Positions 46,096 through 58,160 of a stretch of DNA of 64,000 nt are shown piece after piece. The stretch spans positions 682 to 64,681 of the forward strand of contig CAMCUN010000004.1 in assembly GCA_945878995.1 (NCBI GenBank), read 5' to 3'. Every line of letters starts with the position of its first letter. Position 1 is the first letter of the stretch. The DNA is from Polaromonas sp. YR568 (lineage in GTDB: Bacteria; Pseudomonadota; Gammaproteobacteria; Burkholderiales; Burkholderiaceae_C). The notes beneath the pieces were generated by a model. That model saw nothing but the letters and a program-made list of their open reading frames with translations. It was not told the DNA's origin and searched no databases. Both the position numbers and the translations under genes were made by a program.

Positions 46096-46179
46096 CCCTC
46101 TTTATTCGCTGGCCACGGCGATAAAGCGCAGCAGCCCTGCCATCGATCAGACTCAAACAGCAGCTACACTGTTTCCCAA

Positions 46180-46255
46180 GCCGGCTTAGCTCAGTTGGTA
46201 GAGCAACCGCCTTGTAAGCGGTAGGTCATCAGTTCGAATCCGATAGCCGGCACCA
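46180..46255 (+). tRNA. tRNA-Thr (anticodon UGU)
   Basis: The cloverleaf can be read directly. The acceptor stem GCCGGCT pairs with AGCCGGC and is followed by ACCA. The D-arm is AGCTCAGTTGGTAGAGC, the anticodon loop is CT-TGT-AA, and the T-arm is GGTTCGAATCC-like (CAGTTCGAATCCG). Confidence 0.93.
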
Positions 46256-46270
46256 CTCGTTGGTTTAAAA

Positions 46271-46304
46271 AGCCTCCAGGGACATTTCCTGGGGGCTTTT
46301 TTAT
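46271..46304 (+). terminator. Rho-independent terminator after tRNA-Thr
   Basis: agcctccagg-gacattt-cctgggggct followed by tttttatt. Confidence 0.7.
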
Positions 46305-46460
46305 TTGGTGCGCCCGACACGGGCGCACTGCGCGTGACACGCAAGTGTTTTTGGGTGCATCAGGGCGCATCTGGGCGTGTGTGCACCGGGTATGACCCGA
46401 TCCGGCGCACCCAAAACTTCCCTAAAATAGTTATAACTTATATCTTGATGGGTGCCCCGC

Positions 46461-47276
46461 ATGTCCTCTTTTCACAGCCAAACCTCCGTGGTCCCCAGCC
46501 TTGACGAGGTGCAGATTGAGCACCGTGGTGCGGTGTCCCTGATCCGCCTGTCGCGCCCACGCAAGCGCAACGCCATCAATGACGGCCTGATGGCGGCCAT
46601 TGGCCAGCGCATCGCCGAACTCCCCGCTTCTACGGGCGCGGTGGTTCTCTACGGTGAGGGCGAGCACTTTTGTGCGGGTCTGGACTTGGGTGAACTCAAG
46701 GACCGCGACGCCGTCGATGGCTTGCACCATTCGCGCTCCTGGTACTACGTCTTGCGCGAACTCGAGCAGGGCAGGGTGCCTGTGATTGCTGCGCTGCATG
46801 GCGCGGTGGTGGGCGGGGGGCTGGAATTGGCCGCAGCTTGTCACCTGCGGGTGGCCGATGAAAGCGCTTTTTTTGCCTTGCCCGAAGGCTCGCGCGGCAT
46901 TTTTGTGGGTGGTGGCGGCTCGGTGCGCTTGCCCAAGCTGATTGGCGCCCACCGCATGCTGGACATGATGCTGACCGGCCGCGTCTACAACGCGGCCGAC
47001 GGGGTGGGCATTGGCATGGCGCAATACCTGGTGCCCACAGGCCAAGCGCTGGCCAAGGCGCTGGAGCTGGCCGAGCGGGTGGCGGCCAACGCGCCCATGA
47101 CCAATTACGCGCTCATCCACGGCCTGCCGCGCATTGCCGAGCAGCCTGCCGACCATGGCTTTTTAACCGAGTCCATGCTGGCGGCGCTGGCCCAGTCGGC
47201 GCCCGAGGCCAAAGCCCGGGTGCGCGCCTTTTTGGACGGCAGCGGCCCCAAGGTCAAAGTGCAGTCCAAGCCATGA
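46461..47276 (+). CDS. Enoyl-CoA hydratase/isomerase (crotonase) family protein
   Basis: RPRKRNAI, GEGEHFCAGLDL and ALHGAVVGGGLELAAACHLRVA are crotonase oxyanion-hole motifs. An alternative GTG start lies at 46452. Confidence 0.85.
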   Translation: MSSFHSQTSVVPSLDEVQIEHRGAVSLIRLSRPRKRNAINDGLMAAIGQRIAELPASTGAVVLYGEGEHFCAGLDLGELKDRDAVDGLHHSRSWYYVLRELEQGRVPVIAALHGAVVGGGLELAAACHLRVADESAFFALPEGSRGIFVGGGGSVRLPKLIGAHRMLDMMLTGRVYNAADGVGIGMAQYLVPTGQALAKALELAERVAANAPMTNYALIHGLPRIAEQPADHGFLTESMLAALAQSAPEAKARVRAFLDGSGPKVKVQSKP

Positions 47277-49144
47277 CCCCAAGTCCTGCTTCCGCGCCCA
47301 TCTACCGAGATTTTCCTTTTGGGGTGACGCGCGGCGTGCTGCGCCACGCCGGCGGCCACCGTTACTTGCGCTGCGAGCAAGACTTGCAGCCTTATGCCGA
47401 GCGCATGACCGATCGCCTGCTTTACTGGGCCGAGCGCAAGCCCAATGCCACGCTGTATGCGCAGCGCGACCCGGTGCTCGGTGACGACTGGCGCCACCTG
47501 AGCTTTGCGCAGGCCCTGGACGCGGCCAGGCGCATTGGCCAGGCCTTGCTGGACCGGGGCTTGTCGGCCGAGCGGCCGCTGGTGATTTTGAGCGAGAACA
47601 GCTTGGACCATGCCAAGTTGGCCCTGGGCGCCATGTACGCGGGCGTGGCGTTTTGCGCTGTCTCGCCTGCGTATTCGCTGGTCAGCCAAGACTTCGACAA
47701 GCTGCGCCATGTGCTGCACACCCTCACGCCCGGCCTGGTGTTCGCGGCCGACTGGGCGCGGTTTGCCCGCCCCATTGAAGCCATGGTGCCTGCCGACGTG
47801 GAGGTGGTTTTGGGCGAGGCCCATGGCGTGGTCAGCGCAAGAGGTCACCGCATCACGGCATTGGCTCATCTGCTGGCCACCGAGCCCACGGCCAGCGTGG
47901 ATGAGGCCATGCGCGCCACGGGGCCGGACACGGTGCTCAAGTTTTTGTTCACCAGCGGCTCGACCAAGCTGCCCAAGGCGGTGATCAACACCCAGCGCAT
48001 GGTCTGCGCCAACCAGCGCCAGCTGCTGCAGTCCATCCCCATGCTGCAAGAAGAGCCCTTGGTGCTCATAGACTGGTTGCCCTGGAACCACACCGCCGGT
48101 GGCAACCACAACTTTTTCATGGTGCTCCACAACGGCGGGGCTTTGTACATTGACGAGGGCAAGCCCACGCCCGCGCTGCTGGGTCAGACCCTGCGCAACC
48201 TGCGCGAGATCGCACCGACCTGGTACTTCAACGTGCCCGTGGGCTACGAGGCGATTGCCCGCGCCATGGACAGCGACGCTCAGCTGCGGCGCCGGTTTTA
48301 TTCACGCCTTCGCCAAAAGCTTTACTCTGGCGCAGCACTCGCCCAGCCCATTCAGGACGCCTTGTACGCACACGCCGAGCGCGAGTATGGCGAGCGCATC
48401 GTGATGACCGCAGGCTTGGGCATGACCGAGTCCTCGCCTTTTGCGCTGTTTGTCACCAACCCGCATTCACAGGCCGGGCATGTGGGCTTGCCCACCCCCG
48501 GGCTGGAGCTCAAGCTCATTGCCGTGGGTGACAAAGTCGAGGTCCGCTACAAAGGCCCCAACATCACACCTGGCTACTGGCGCAACCCCGAGGCCACGCA
48601 AGAGGCGTTTGACGACGAAGGTTTTTTCTGCACCGGTGACGCGGTCACCTGGATTGACGAGGCCAACATCCACCTGGGCCTGAAGTTTGACGGCCGCATT
48701 GCCGAAGACTTCAAGCTGGCCACGGGCACGTTTGTGAGTGTCGGGCCGCTGCGCGCCAAGATCATTGCCGCTGGCGCGCCTTACCTGCAAGACGCTGTCA
48801 TCACCGGCTTGAACCTCAAAGAGGTGGGTGCCCTGCTGGTGCCCACACCCGATGTGCGCAAGCTCTGCGAGTTGCCGCCCCAGGCCCCCTTGGAGCAGGT
48901 GCTGGCTTCGGCGCCTGTGCAGGCGTGGCTGCAGCAATTGCTCGACGAATTGGCCCGCAGCGCCACCGGCAGCGCCAACCGGGTGGCGCGGGCGCTCTTG
49001 CTCAGCGAGCCGCCCTCGCTGGACCGAGGCGAGGTCACGGACAAAGGCTCCATCAACCAGCGCGCCGTGCTCTCGCACCGTGCCGAATTGGTCCAAGCCT
49101 TGCACGCGGGCACCGCCCCCCACATCGCCATCCTCCGCAGTTAA
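47273..49144 (+). CDS. AMP-dependent acyl-CoA synthetase, feruloyl-CoA synthase-like (~620 aa class)
   Basis: AMP-binding motif FTSGSTKLPKAV, then TGD and DKGS motifs. Its length and N-terminus resemble Fcs-type hydroxycinnamate-CoA ligases. ATGA overlap with the hydratase gene. Substrate not determinable from sequence. Confidence 0.75.
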   Translation: MTPSPASAPIYRDFPFGVTRGVLRHAGGHRYLRCEQDLQPYAERMTDRLLYWAERKPNATLYAQRDPVLGDDWRHLSFAQALDAARRIGQALLDRGLSAERPLVILSENSLDHAKLALGAMYAGVAFCAVSPAYSLVSQDFDKLRHVLHTLTPGLVFAADWARFARPIEAMVPADVEVVLGEAHGVVSARGHRITALAHLLATEPTASVDEAMRATGPDTVLKFLFTSGSTKLPKAVINTQRMVCANQRQLLQSIPMLQEEPLVLIDWLPWNHTAGGNHNFFMVLHNGGALYIDEGKPTPALLGQTLRNLREIAPTWYFNVPVGYEAIARAMDSDAQLRRRFYSRLRQKLYSGAALAQPIQDALYAHAEREYGERIVMTAGLGMTESSPFALFVTNPHSQAGHVGLPTPGLELKLIAVGDKVEVRYKGPNITPGYWRNPEATQEAFDDEGFFCTGDAVTWIDEANIHLGLKFDGRIAEDFKLATGTFVSVGPLRAKIIAAGAPYLQDAVITGLNLKEVGALLVPTPDVRKLCELPPQAPLEQVLASAPVQAWLQQLLDELARSATGSANRVARALLLSEPPSLDRGEVTDKGSINQRAVLSHRAELVQALHAGTAPHIAILRS

Positions 49145-49157
49145 AAGAGTTCAGCCC

Positions 49158-49274
49158 ATGCACATTCAAGACCAAGCCACTGTGGTGACTGGTGGGGCCT
49201 GCGTTGGCGACATCACCATCGGCCAGCCAGACCCACAGTTGTTGCCGCGTTTGCTCAAAAAGCTGCCTGACTGA
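49158..49274 (+). pseudogene. Remnant of a short-chain dehydrogenase (SDR / 3-hydroxyacyl-CoA dehydrogenase-like) gene: N-terminal ~14 codons only
   Basis: MHIQDQATVVTGGA matches the start of an SDR Rossmann motif (TGGxSGxG). The sequence then diverges (CVGDITIGQPDPQLLPRLLKKLPD) and stops after 38 codons. It sits 13 nt after the acyl-CoA synthetase stop. Confidence 0.35.
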
Positions 49275-49297
49275 AGTGCCCTGGGCGGGGCCGTGCG

Positions 49298-49606
49298 TCA
49301 GCGGCTGCCCATGATCTTGATGCGCACCGTTTGAATGTCCCAGCCGCTTTGCTGCAGGTGGGTGCACAGCCGGGGCAAAAGCTGCCTGAGCTTGGCCGCA
49401 GAGGCGCCGTGGCTGACCACCAGGCACCAGTCGCGCTCTTGCACTGCGCCCGGCAAGATGTGCGGCCTCAAACCGGGGGGAATCAGGCCCTCCACGCTGC
49501 GGTACATGGCGCTCGATTGCTCGGCCAGGCCCGCCAGCCGCGCCAGCGAGGGCGCACTTTCAATGGCTTGGTGCAGGCTTTGGGCCGGGGGCAGGCGTCT
49601 GTACAT
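49298..49606 (-). CDS. DUF721 (DciA-like) family protein
   Basis: 102 aa with high GC3. The central WCLVVSHGASAAKLRQLLPRL resembles the DUF721 pattern (L.V.....A.A..L). It is divergent from secA, as commonly seen in betaproteobacteria. The family call was made by eye only. Confidence 0.55.
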   Translation of the reverse strand: MYRRLPPAQSLHQAIESAPSLARLAGLAEQSSAMYRSVEGLIPPGLRPHILPGAVQERDWCLVVSHGASAAKLRQLLPRLCTHLQQSGWDIQTVRIKIMGSR

Positions 49607-49911
49607 GGGGCCTCAAGGCGGGGCAGGGCAAGCAGGGCATGCCCTGAGAAGCGCAATTATGGCCTCAAGGCTGGGCTGACAGGCAGACCGGGCTGTTGGC
49701 CGCGAAAGGGGGCTCAGTTCAGGTGCTTGGCCCCTGCGCTTGACGCCCTTGAGCTTGTCCGGAAATTTCAGTTTGGGGGCTGCGTAAAATGCGAAGTTTG
49801 CGTGTTGCCAAGGTGTGCCCTTCGAAAGCGGGGTGTCCGGCAACCGGTCTTGCTCCACATCTTCAAGGGTTACTGGCATCACAGGTCCATGGCCTGTGAT
49901 GACTCTCGCGT

Positions 49912-52665
<2,754 letters not shown>

Positions 52666-52706
52666 TGCTGCCCGCCTGACCAAGCCTTAAGCCCTGAAGG
52701 AATGAC

Positions 52707-53936
52707 ATGCCCGTGAACCTGGTGGCCACCCCGGCCGCTGAACTTTTTGCCGTGCCCGGCGTGCGCTGGGGCATCACCGAGGCGGGGGTGCGCAAGGCCC
52801 ACCGCAAAGACCTGGCTGTGATGCTGCTTGACGAAGGCAGCGCTGTGGGCGCGGTGTTCACGCAAAACCGGTTTTGCGCCGCCCCCGTGCAGGTCTGCCG
52901 CGAGCACCTGGCGCAGGGCTTTGGCGTGCGCGCCATGGTGATCAACACCGGCAACGCCAACGCGGGCACGGGTGAAGACGGGCTGGTTCGCGCGCGCTCC
53001 ACCTGCATTGCACTGGCCCGCTTGTTGGAGCTGGCGCCCGAGCAGGTTTTGCCGTTTTCCACCGGCGTGATCATGGAGCCCTTGCCCAGCGACCGCATAG
53101 CCGCGGGCCTGCCGCAGGCGCTGGACGCCGCGCTGGAAGACAACTGGGCCAACGCCGCCCAGGCCATCATGACCACGGACACCGTGCCCAAGGCCTTTTC
53201 CAGGCGCGTGGTGCTGGGCGGCCACACCGTCACGGTCACTGGCATCAGCAAAGGCGCGGGCATGATCCGCCCCAACATGGCCACCATGCTGGGCTTTTTG
53301 GCCACCGACGCCTGCATTGCGCCTGCCCTCATGGCCGATTTGGCCCATGACTTGGCTGAAGCCTCGTTCAACCGCGTTACCGTCGATGGCGACACCTCGA
53401 CCAACGATTCTTTTGTGGTGGTGGCCACGCACAAGGCCGGCCATGCGCCCATCACCGCCTGGGACTCGGCCGACGGCCAAGCGCTCAAGGCAGCGCTCAT
53501 GGAGGTCTCGCGCCTTTTGGCCCAGGCCATCGTGCGCGACGGCGAGGGCGCCACCAAGTTCATCACTGTGCGTGTGGAAGGTGGCAAGAGTGGTGCCGAG
53601 TGCCGCCAAGTGGCTTATGCCATTGCCCACTCACCGCTGGTCAAGACCGCGTTTTTTGCGAGCGACCCCAACCTGGGCCGCATTCTGGCGGCCGTGGGTT
53701 ACGCCGGCATTGCCGACCTGGACCAAAGCCGCATTGACTTGTACCTTGACGATGTGCTGGTGGCCCAACAGGGCGGCCGCTATCCGGGCTACGCCGAGGC
53801 CGATGGCGCGCGCGTGATGCAGCAAAGCGAGATCACCGTGCGCGTGCTGCTCGGGCGCGGCCAAGCCAGTGACACGGTCTGGACCTGCGATTTTTCATAC
53901 GACTACGTCAAGATCAACGCGGACTACCGCAGCTGA
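52707..53936 (+). CDS. argJ: Bifunctional glutamate N-acetyltransferase / amino-acid acetyltransferase
   Basis: [16 protein letters not shown], the self-cleavage site [19 protein letters not shown], and the C-terminal [10 protein letters not shown]. Confidence 0.95.
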   Translation: MPVNLVATPAAELFAVPGVRWGITEAGVRKAHRKDLAVMLLDEGSAVGAVFTQNRFCAAPVQVCREHLAQGFGVRAMVINTGNANAGTGEDGLVRARSTCIALARLLELAPEQVLPFSTGVIMEPLPSDRIAAGLPQALDAALEDNWANAAQAIMTTDTVPKAFSRRVVLGGHTVTVTGISKGAGMIRPNMATMLGFLATDACIAPALMADLAHDLAEASFNRVTVDGDTSTNDSFVVVATHKAGHAPITAWDSADGQALKAALMEVSRLLAQAIVRDGEGATKFITVRVEGGKSGAECRQVAYAIAHSPLVKTAFFASDPNLGRILAAVGYAGIADLDQSRIDLYLDDVLVAQQGGRYPGYAEADGARVMQQSEITVRVLLGRGQASDTVWTCDFSYDYVKINADYRS

Positions 53937-53999
53937 GCTGGCATCCACTCGTGGCCTGTGCTTGATGGCAGGGCCTTTCCCCACTATGAAGGAATGTCC

Positions 54000-54878
54000 A
54001 TGAACGACAGCATGGAGCGGCTGATCAGCCGGGTTGAAACACTGGTGCAACGCATTGAGGCGGTGCTGCCCCAGCCCCTGAGCGCGCCCGACTGGGCCGC
54101 TGCCGTGGCGTGGCGCTACCGCCGCCGCTCGTCTGGCCACGGCGCTTTGGTGCCGGTGCTGCACACCTCCAGCATCAGCTTGGCAGATCTGAAGGAAATT
54201 GAGGACCAAAAAGAAAAAATCCAGCGCAACACCGAGCAGTTTGTCAGCGGCCTGCCCGCCAACAACGTGCTGCTCACGGGTGCGCGCGGCACGGGCAAGT
54301 CGTCCTTGATCAAGGCCTGCCTGAACGCGTATGCGCCGCGCGGCCTGCGCCTCATTGAGATCGACAAGGACGACATCACCGACCTGCCCGACATCGTCGA
54401 GTTGATAGCCCAGCGGCCTGAAAAATTCCTGATTTTTTGCGACGACCTCAGCTTTGAAGAAGGCGAGTCCGGCTACAAAGCGCTCAAGTCCATTTTGGAC
54501 GGCTCGGTGGCGGCCGCCACGCCCAATGTGCTGATTTACGCCACCAGCAACCGCCGCCATTTGATGCCCGAGTACATGAGCGAGAACCTCAGCTACCAGC
54601 ACACGGCCGACGGCGAGGTGCACCCGGGTGAGGTGGTGGAAGAAAAGATTTCGCTCTCCGAACGCTTTGGCCTGTGGGTGAGTTTTTACCCCTTCAGCCA
54701 AGACGAGTACCTGGTCATCGTTGGCCAGTGGCTGCGTGCCTATGGCGTGCCGGATGCCGAGGTCGAGGCTGCCCGTCCCGCCGCACTGCTGTGGGCTTTG
54801 GAGCGGGGCGGTTCGCGCAGCGGCCGGGTGGCCTACCAATTTGCCCGCGACTACGCGGGCCAACACGGTCGAACATGA
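54000..54878 (+). CDS. DUF815-family AAA-type ATP-binding protein
   Basis: Walker A GARGTGKSSLIKA and Walker B FLIFCDDLSFE. The argJ, DUF815, mutT order is common in Burkholderiales. Alternative starts lie at 53958 and 53994. Confidence 0.8.
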   Translation: MNDSMERLISRVETLVQRIEAVLPQPLSAPDWAAAVAWRYRRRSSGHGALVPVLHTSSISLADLKEIEDQKEKIQRNTEQFVSGLPANNVLLTGARGTGKSSLIKACLNAYAPRGLRLIEIDKDDITDLPDIVELIAQRPEKFLIFCDDLSFEEGESGYKALKSILDGSVAAATPNVLIYATSNRRHLMPEYMSENLSYQHTADGEVHPGEVVEEKISLSERFGLWVSFYPFSQDEYLVIVGQWLRAYGVPDAEVEAARPAALLWALERGGSRSGRVAYQFARDYAGQHGRT

Positions 54879-54888
54879 CTGGCCGCAC

Positions 54889-55359
54889 ATGACCGCCAAG
54901 GTGCTGGTGGCCGACGGCAGCAGGCCGCGTGAAGGCGGCGCCGACCGCGCTGTGGTCGATGTGGCCGTGGGCGTGCTCATTCGCGCTGACGGCCAGTTTT
55001 TGCTCACCTCCCGGCCGCCAGGCAAGGTTTACGAAGGCTACTGGGAGTTCCCGGGCGGCAAGCTCGAAGCAGGCGAGACGGTGGAGCAGGCCTTGCGCCG
55101 TGAACTGCATGAAGAAATCGGCATCATCATCGGTGCGGTACAGCCCTGGCGCGTGGAAATGGTGGACTACCCGCACGCGCTGGTGCGGCTGAATTTTTGC
55201 CAAGTGTGGGCCTGGACGGGCGAGTTGCACATGAAAGAAGGCCAGCGCTTTGCCTGGCAGGGCCTGCCCGTGCAGGTGCAGCCCGTGTTGCCGGGCACCG
55301 TGCCGGTGTTGGGCTGGTTCGCCCAGGAGCGCGGGTTTTCAGGCCCCACGCACGGCTGA
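54889..55359 (+). CDS. mutT: NUDIX hydrolase, MutT-like (8-oxo-dGTP diphosphatase)
   Basis: Nudix box GYWEFPGGKLEAGETVEQALRRELHEEIGI. About 156 aa from the ATG at 54889. The longer ORF starting at 54721 overlaps the DUF815 gene. Confidence 0.85.
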   Translation: MTAKVLVADGSRPREGGADRAVVDVAVGVLIRADGQFLLTSRPPGKVYEGYWEFPGGKLEAGETVEQALRRELHEEIGIIIGAVQPWRVEMVDYPHALVRLNFCQVWAWTGELHMKEGQRFAWQGLPVQVQPVLPGTVPVLGWFAQERGFSGPTHG

Positions 55360-55406
55360 GAACAATGCCCTCATTGGCGCTGGTGAGGGGCTGCCAAGGC
55401 CTGTGA

Positions 55407-55592
55407 CCCGCCACAATTCGCTTGCAGGCAAACTCCTACAAAGACAAAAAATCCCCATGTAGGAGCCGGTCTGCCGGCGATTGGCTGCGTGAAGTGATGC
55501 ACTTTGCCCGCCACCTATCGCTTGCAGGCAAGCCCCCACAAAGACAAACAGCCATTTCCTTTCCCTGTAGGAGCCAGCCTGCTGGCGAATCG
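55407..55592. repeat. REP-like hairpin cluster: two ~100-bp tandem units, each carrying an inverted pair of small palindromic elements
   Basis: The units start at 55407 and 55507 (cccgccac..t.tcgcttgcaggcaa.c.cc.acaaagacaaa). Left arms are tcgcttgcaggcaa(a/g)c(t/c)cc(t/c)aca. Right arms are tgtaggagccggtctgccggcga and tgtaggagccagcctgctggcga. Each arm has its own 5-6 bp stem, for example gccag-cctg-ctggc. Confidence 0.8.
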
Positions 55593-55629
55593 CCGAGCTG
55601 AGCATTCAGCCTGCAAAACGATCCAGCCC

Positions 55630-56301
55630 TCAGCCCGCCACCGCCCACTGCCGAGCCGCCGCCAACACCGCGTTGGGGTAGGCCGCTTGACCGCGCGAGC
55701 CGTTGTAGCGGCCCAGGGCCATGAAGAGCTCGCCGCGTTCGCGGTCCAGGTAGTGGCGCAAGATCACGCAGCCAAAGCGCAGGTTGGTCTGCATGTGAAA
55801 AAGCTTGGCGACCTCGCCGTCGCCAATCAGGCGGCTCCAAAAAGGCATGACCTGCATGAAGCCGCGCGCGCCGGCCGAGCTCACGGCAAATTTGCGAAAG
55901 CCGCTTTCCACCTGGATCAAACCCAAGACCAGCTTGAGCTCCAGGCCCGCGCGCGTGGCCTCGTACCACACGGTCTGTAAAAACTCGCGGCGGATTTGCG
56001 CTTCGGGGAACTGCCGCGTCAGGCGCGCGCCCATGGCGTTCAGCCAGCGCTCGTGGGCGTCGCGGGTCTGCGCTGCCTCAAACTCAGGCACGGGCGGTGC
56101 CCGGCTTTCAATGGAGGCGCTCAGGGCTGTGCGCACCGCATCGGCCAGGGGTTCTTCCAACTGACGGCCCGCGTGCGCGCTGGGCGCGGTGCCCGCAGCC
56201 AGCAGCCAAGCCGGAGACTGCAAACTCAGCAAAAAGCCTCGCCTGCGCAGCAGGGCAGGCGTGGCACTCAGCCCAGGCTGGGGGCCTGGCCGCCAGCTCA
56301 T
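55630..56301 (-). CDS. Lytic transglycosylase (SLT domain) protein
   Basis: The C-terminal SLT domain has the catalytic [18 protein letters not shown] and YNGS motifs. Its ATG at 56301 overlaps the proS stop (ATGA on the minus strand). The longer ORF running to 56583 overlaps proS. Confidence 0.85.
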   Translation of the reverse strand: MSWRPGPQPGLSATPALLRRRGFLLSLQSPAWLLAAGTAPSAHAGRQLEEPLADAVRTALSASIESRAPPVPEFEAAQTRDAHERWLNAMGARLTRQFPEAQIRREFLQTVWYEATRAGLELKLVLGLIQVESGFRKFAVSSAGARGFMQVMPFWSRLIGDGEVAKLFHMQTNLRFGCVILRHYLDRERGELFMALGRYNGSRGQAAYPNAVLAAARQWAVAG

Positions 56302-58040
56302 GCCTGCAGTCTGCCCTTTAAAAAAGCCAGCACGCCGTCTGCAGGCACTTTGGTGGCGGCGCTGTCGCGGCGGTGCTGGTACTCCAGTTGGCCTTCTTTG
56401 AGGCCGCGCTCGGAAATCACCACGCGGTGCGGCACGCCTATGAGCTCCCAGTCGGCAAACATGGCGCCTGGCCGCTCGTCGCGATCGTCCAGCATCACAT
56501 CCACCCCCAAGGCTTGCAGGGCGTCGTGCAGCGCTTGCGCCTCTTGCCGCACGGCCTCGCTGCGGTGCGCGCCTATGGGGCACACCACCACGGTGAAGGG
56601 TGCAATGGCGTCGGGCCAGATGATGCCGCGCTCGTCGTGGTTTTGCTCAATCGCCGCTGCGGGCAGCCGTGTGACGCCAATGCCGTAGCAGCCCATTTCC
56701 ATGAACTTGGGCTTGCCGTCTTCGTCCAAAAACGTGGCGTTCATGGCCTTGGAGTACTTGGTGCCCAGGTAAAACACATGGCCCACCTCAATGCCGCGCT
56801 CAATGGCCAAGAGGCCTTGGCCGTCGGGCGAGGCGTCCCCCGACACCACGTTGCGCAAATCAGCCACCATGTCGGGCTCGGCCAGATCGCGGCCCCAGTT
56901 CACTCCGGTGAGGTGAAAGTCCACCGCGTTGGCGCCGCAAACCCAGTCGGCCATCACGGCCACCTCACGGTCGGTCACCAGTTTGACGGGCTGCTTCAAG
57001 CCTATGGGGCCGAGGTAGCCCGGCTTGCAGCCAAAGTGCGTCTCGATCTCGGGCACGGTGGCAAAGCGAAAGCCTGCCAAGCCAGGCAGCTTGCCGACCT
57101 TGACTTCATTCATGTCGTGGTCGCCGCGCAGCAGCAGCAGCCAGACCTGGGTCTTGATGGCTGCGCCTTGCTCATTGACCTCGTCGGTGGCCAACACCAA
57201 GGACTTGACGGTGCGTGCCAGCGGCAAGCCCAGCAACTCGGCCACATCGGCGCAGGTGCTTTTGCCGGGCGTGGGGGTGTGGGTCAGTGCTTGGCTGGCG
57301 GCTGGGCGCGGGCCGGCCGGGGTCAAGGCCTCGGCTTTTTCCATGTTGGCGGCGTAGTCGCTGCTGGGGCAGTAGACGATGGCGTCTTCCCCGGTGGCAG
57401 CGATCACCTGAAACTCTTCCGACAAATCGCCGCCAATGGCGCCGCTGTCGGCGGCCACGGCGCGGTAGCGCAGGCCAAAGCGGTCAAAAATGCGTCGGTA
57501 GGCCTCGGCCATCACCTGGTAGCTGGCTTTGGCCGCAGTTGGGTCGCGGTCAAAGCTGTAAGCGTCTTTCATGGTGAACTCGCGCCCGCGCATCAGGCCA
57601 AAGCGCGGCCGGCGTTCGTCGCGGAACTTGGTCTGAATTTGGTAGAAATTCTTGGGCATCTGCTTGTAGCTGCGGATGTCCTGGCGAGCGATGTCAGTGA
57701 TCACTTCTTCGCTGGTGGGCTGCACCACAAAGTCGCGCTCGTGCCGGTCCCGAATGCGCAAGAGCTCGGGGCCCATTTTTTCAAAGCGGCCGGTCTCTTG
57801 CCACAGCTCGGCGGGCTGGATCACCGGCATGCTCAGCTCAATGGCGCCTGCCCGGTTCATTTCTTCGCGCACGATGGCCTCGACCTTGCGGATCACCCGC
57901 AAGCCCATGGGCCTGTAGTTGTAGATGCCGGCGCCCAGTTTTTTGATCATGCCGGCGCGCATCATCAGTTGGTGGCTGACCACCTCGGCATCGGCCGGGG
58001 CTTCCTTGAGGGTGGAAATGAGGAACTGTGACGCTTTCAT
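56298..58040 (-). CDS. proS: Proline--tRNA ligase
   Basis: [42 protein letters not shown], class II motifs ([17 protein letters not shown]), and a bacterial-type insertion domain. Confidence 0.96.
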   Translation of the reverse strand: MKASQFLISTLKEAPADAEVVSHQLMMRAGMIKKLGAGIYNYRPMGLRVIRKVEAIVREEMNRAGAIELSMPVIQPAELWQETGRFEKMGPELLRIRDRHERDFVVQPTSEEVITDIARQDIRSYKQMPKNFYQIQTKFRDERRPRFGLMRGREFTMKDAYSFDRDPTAAKASYQVMAEAYRRIFDRFGLRYRAVAADSGAIGGDLSEEFQVIAATGEDAIVYCPSSDYAANMEKAEALTPAGPRPAASQALTHTPTPGKSTCADVAELLGLPLARTVKSLVLATDEVNEQGAAIKTQVWLLLLRGDHDMNEVKVGKLPGLAGFRFATVPEIETHFGCKPGYLGPIGLKQPVKLVTDREVAVMADWVCGANAVDFHLTGVNWGRDLAEPDMVADLRNVVSGDASPDGQGLLAIERGIEVGHVFYLGTKYSKAMNATFLDEDGKPKFMEMGCYGIGVTRLPAAAIEQNHDERGIIWPDAIAPFTVVVCPIGAHRSEAVRQEAQALHDALQALGVDVMLDDRDERPGAMFADWELIGVPHRVVISERGLKEGQLEYQHRRDSAATKVPADGVLAFLKGRLQA

Positions 58041-58160
58041 GCGGGGCCGATGGCAAGAGTGGGGAAAGAGCAAGGTGACCCATCATGCTGGACAGCGCGC
58101 TTGGCGCAGTGCCTGCGGCTGTGCATAATGAGCTTAATTTAGAAATTTTGAGGTTTGATT

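Noticed and set aside
46256-49297. Integrated prophage or genomic island at tRNA-Thr
   Set aside because: No integrase, phage or conjugation gene is present. I found no direct repeat of the tRNA 3' end by eye, and there is no compositional shift. Only a weaker observation about a small accessory module is reported.
49613-49882. 89-aa minus-strand ORF in the DUF721-secA spacer
   Set aside because: Third-codon positions are mixed by eye, unlike the strongly GC3-biased genes around it. It has no recognisable motif and overlaps the secA leader hairpin. I treat it as non-coding, although a recently acquired small gene cannot be excluded without a search.
56373-58031. 552-aa plus-strand ORF
   Set aside because: It is antisense to proS and is a shadow ORF.
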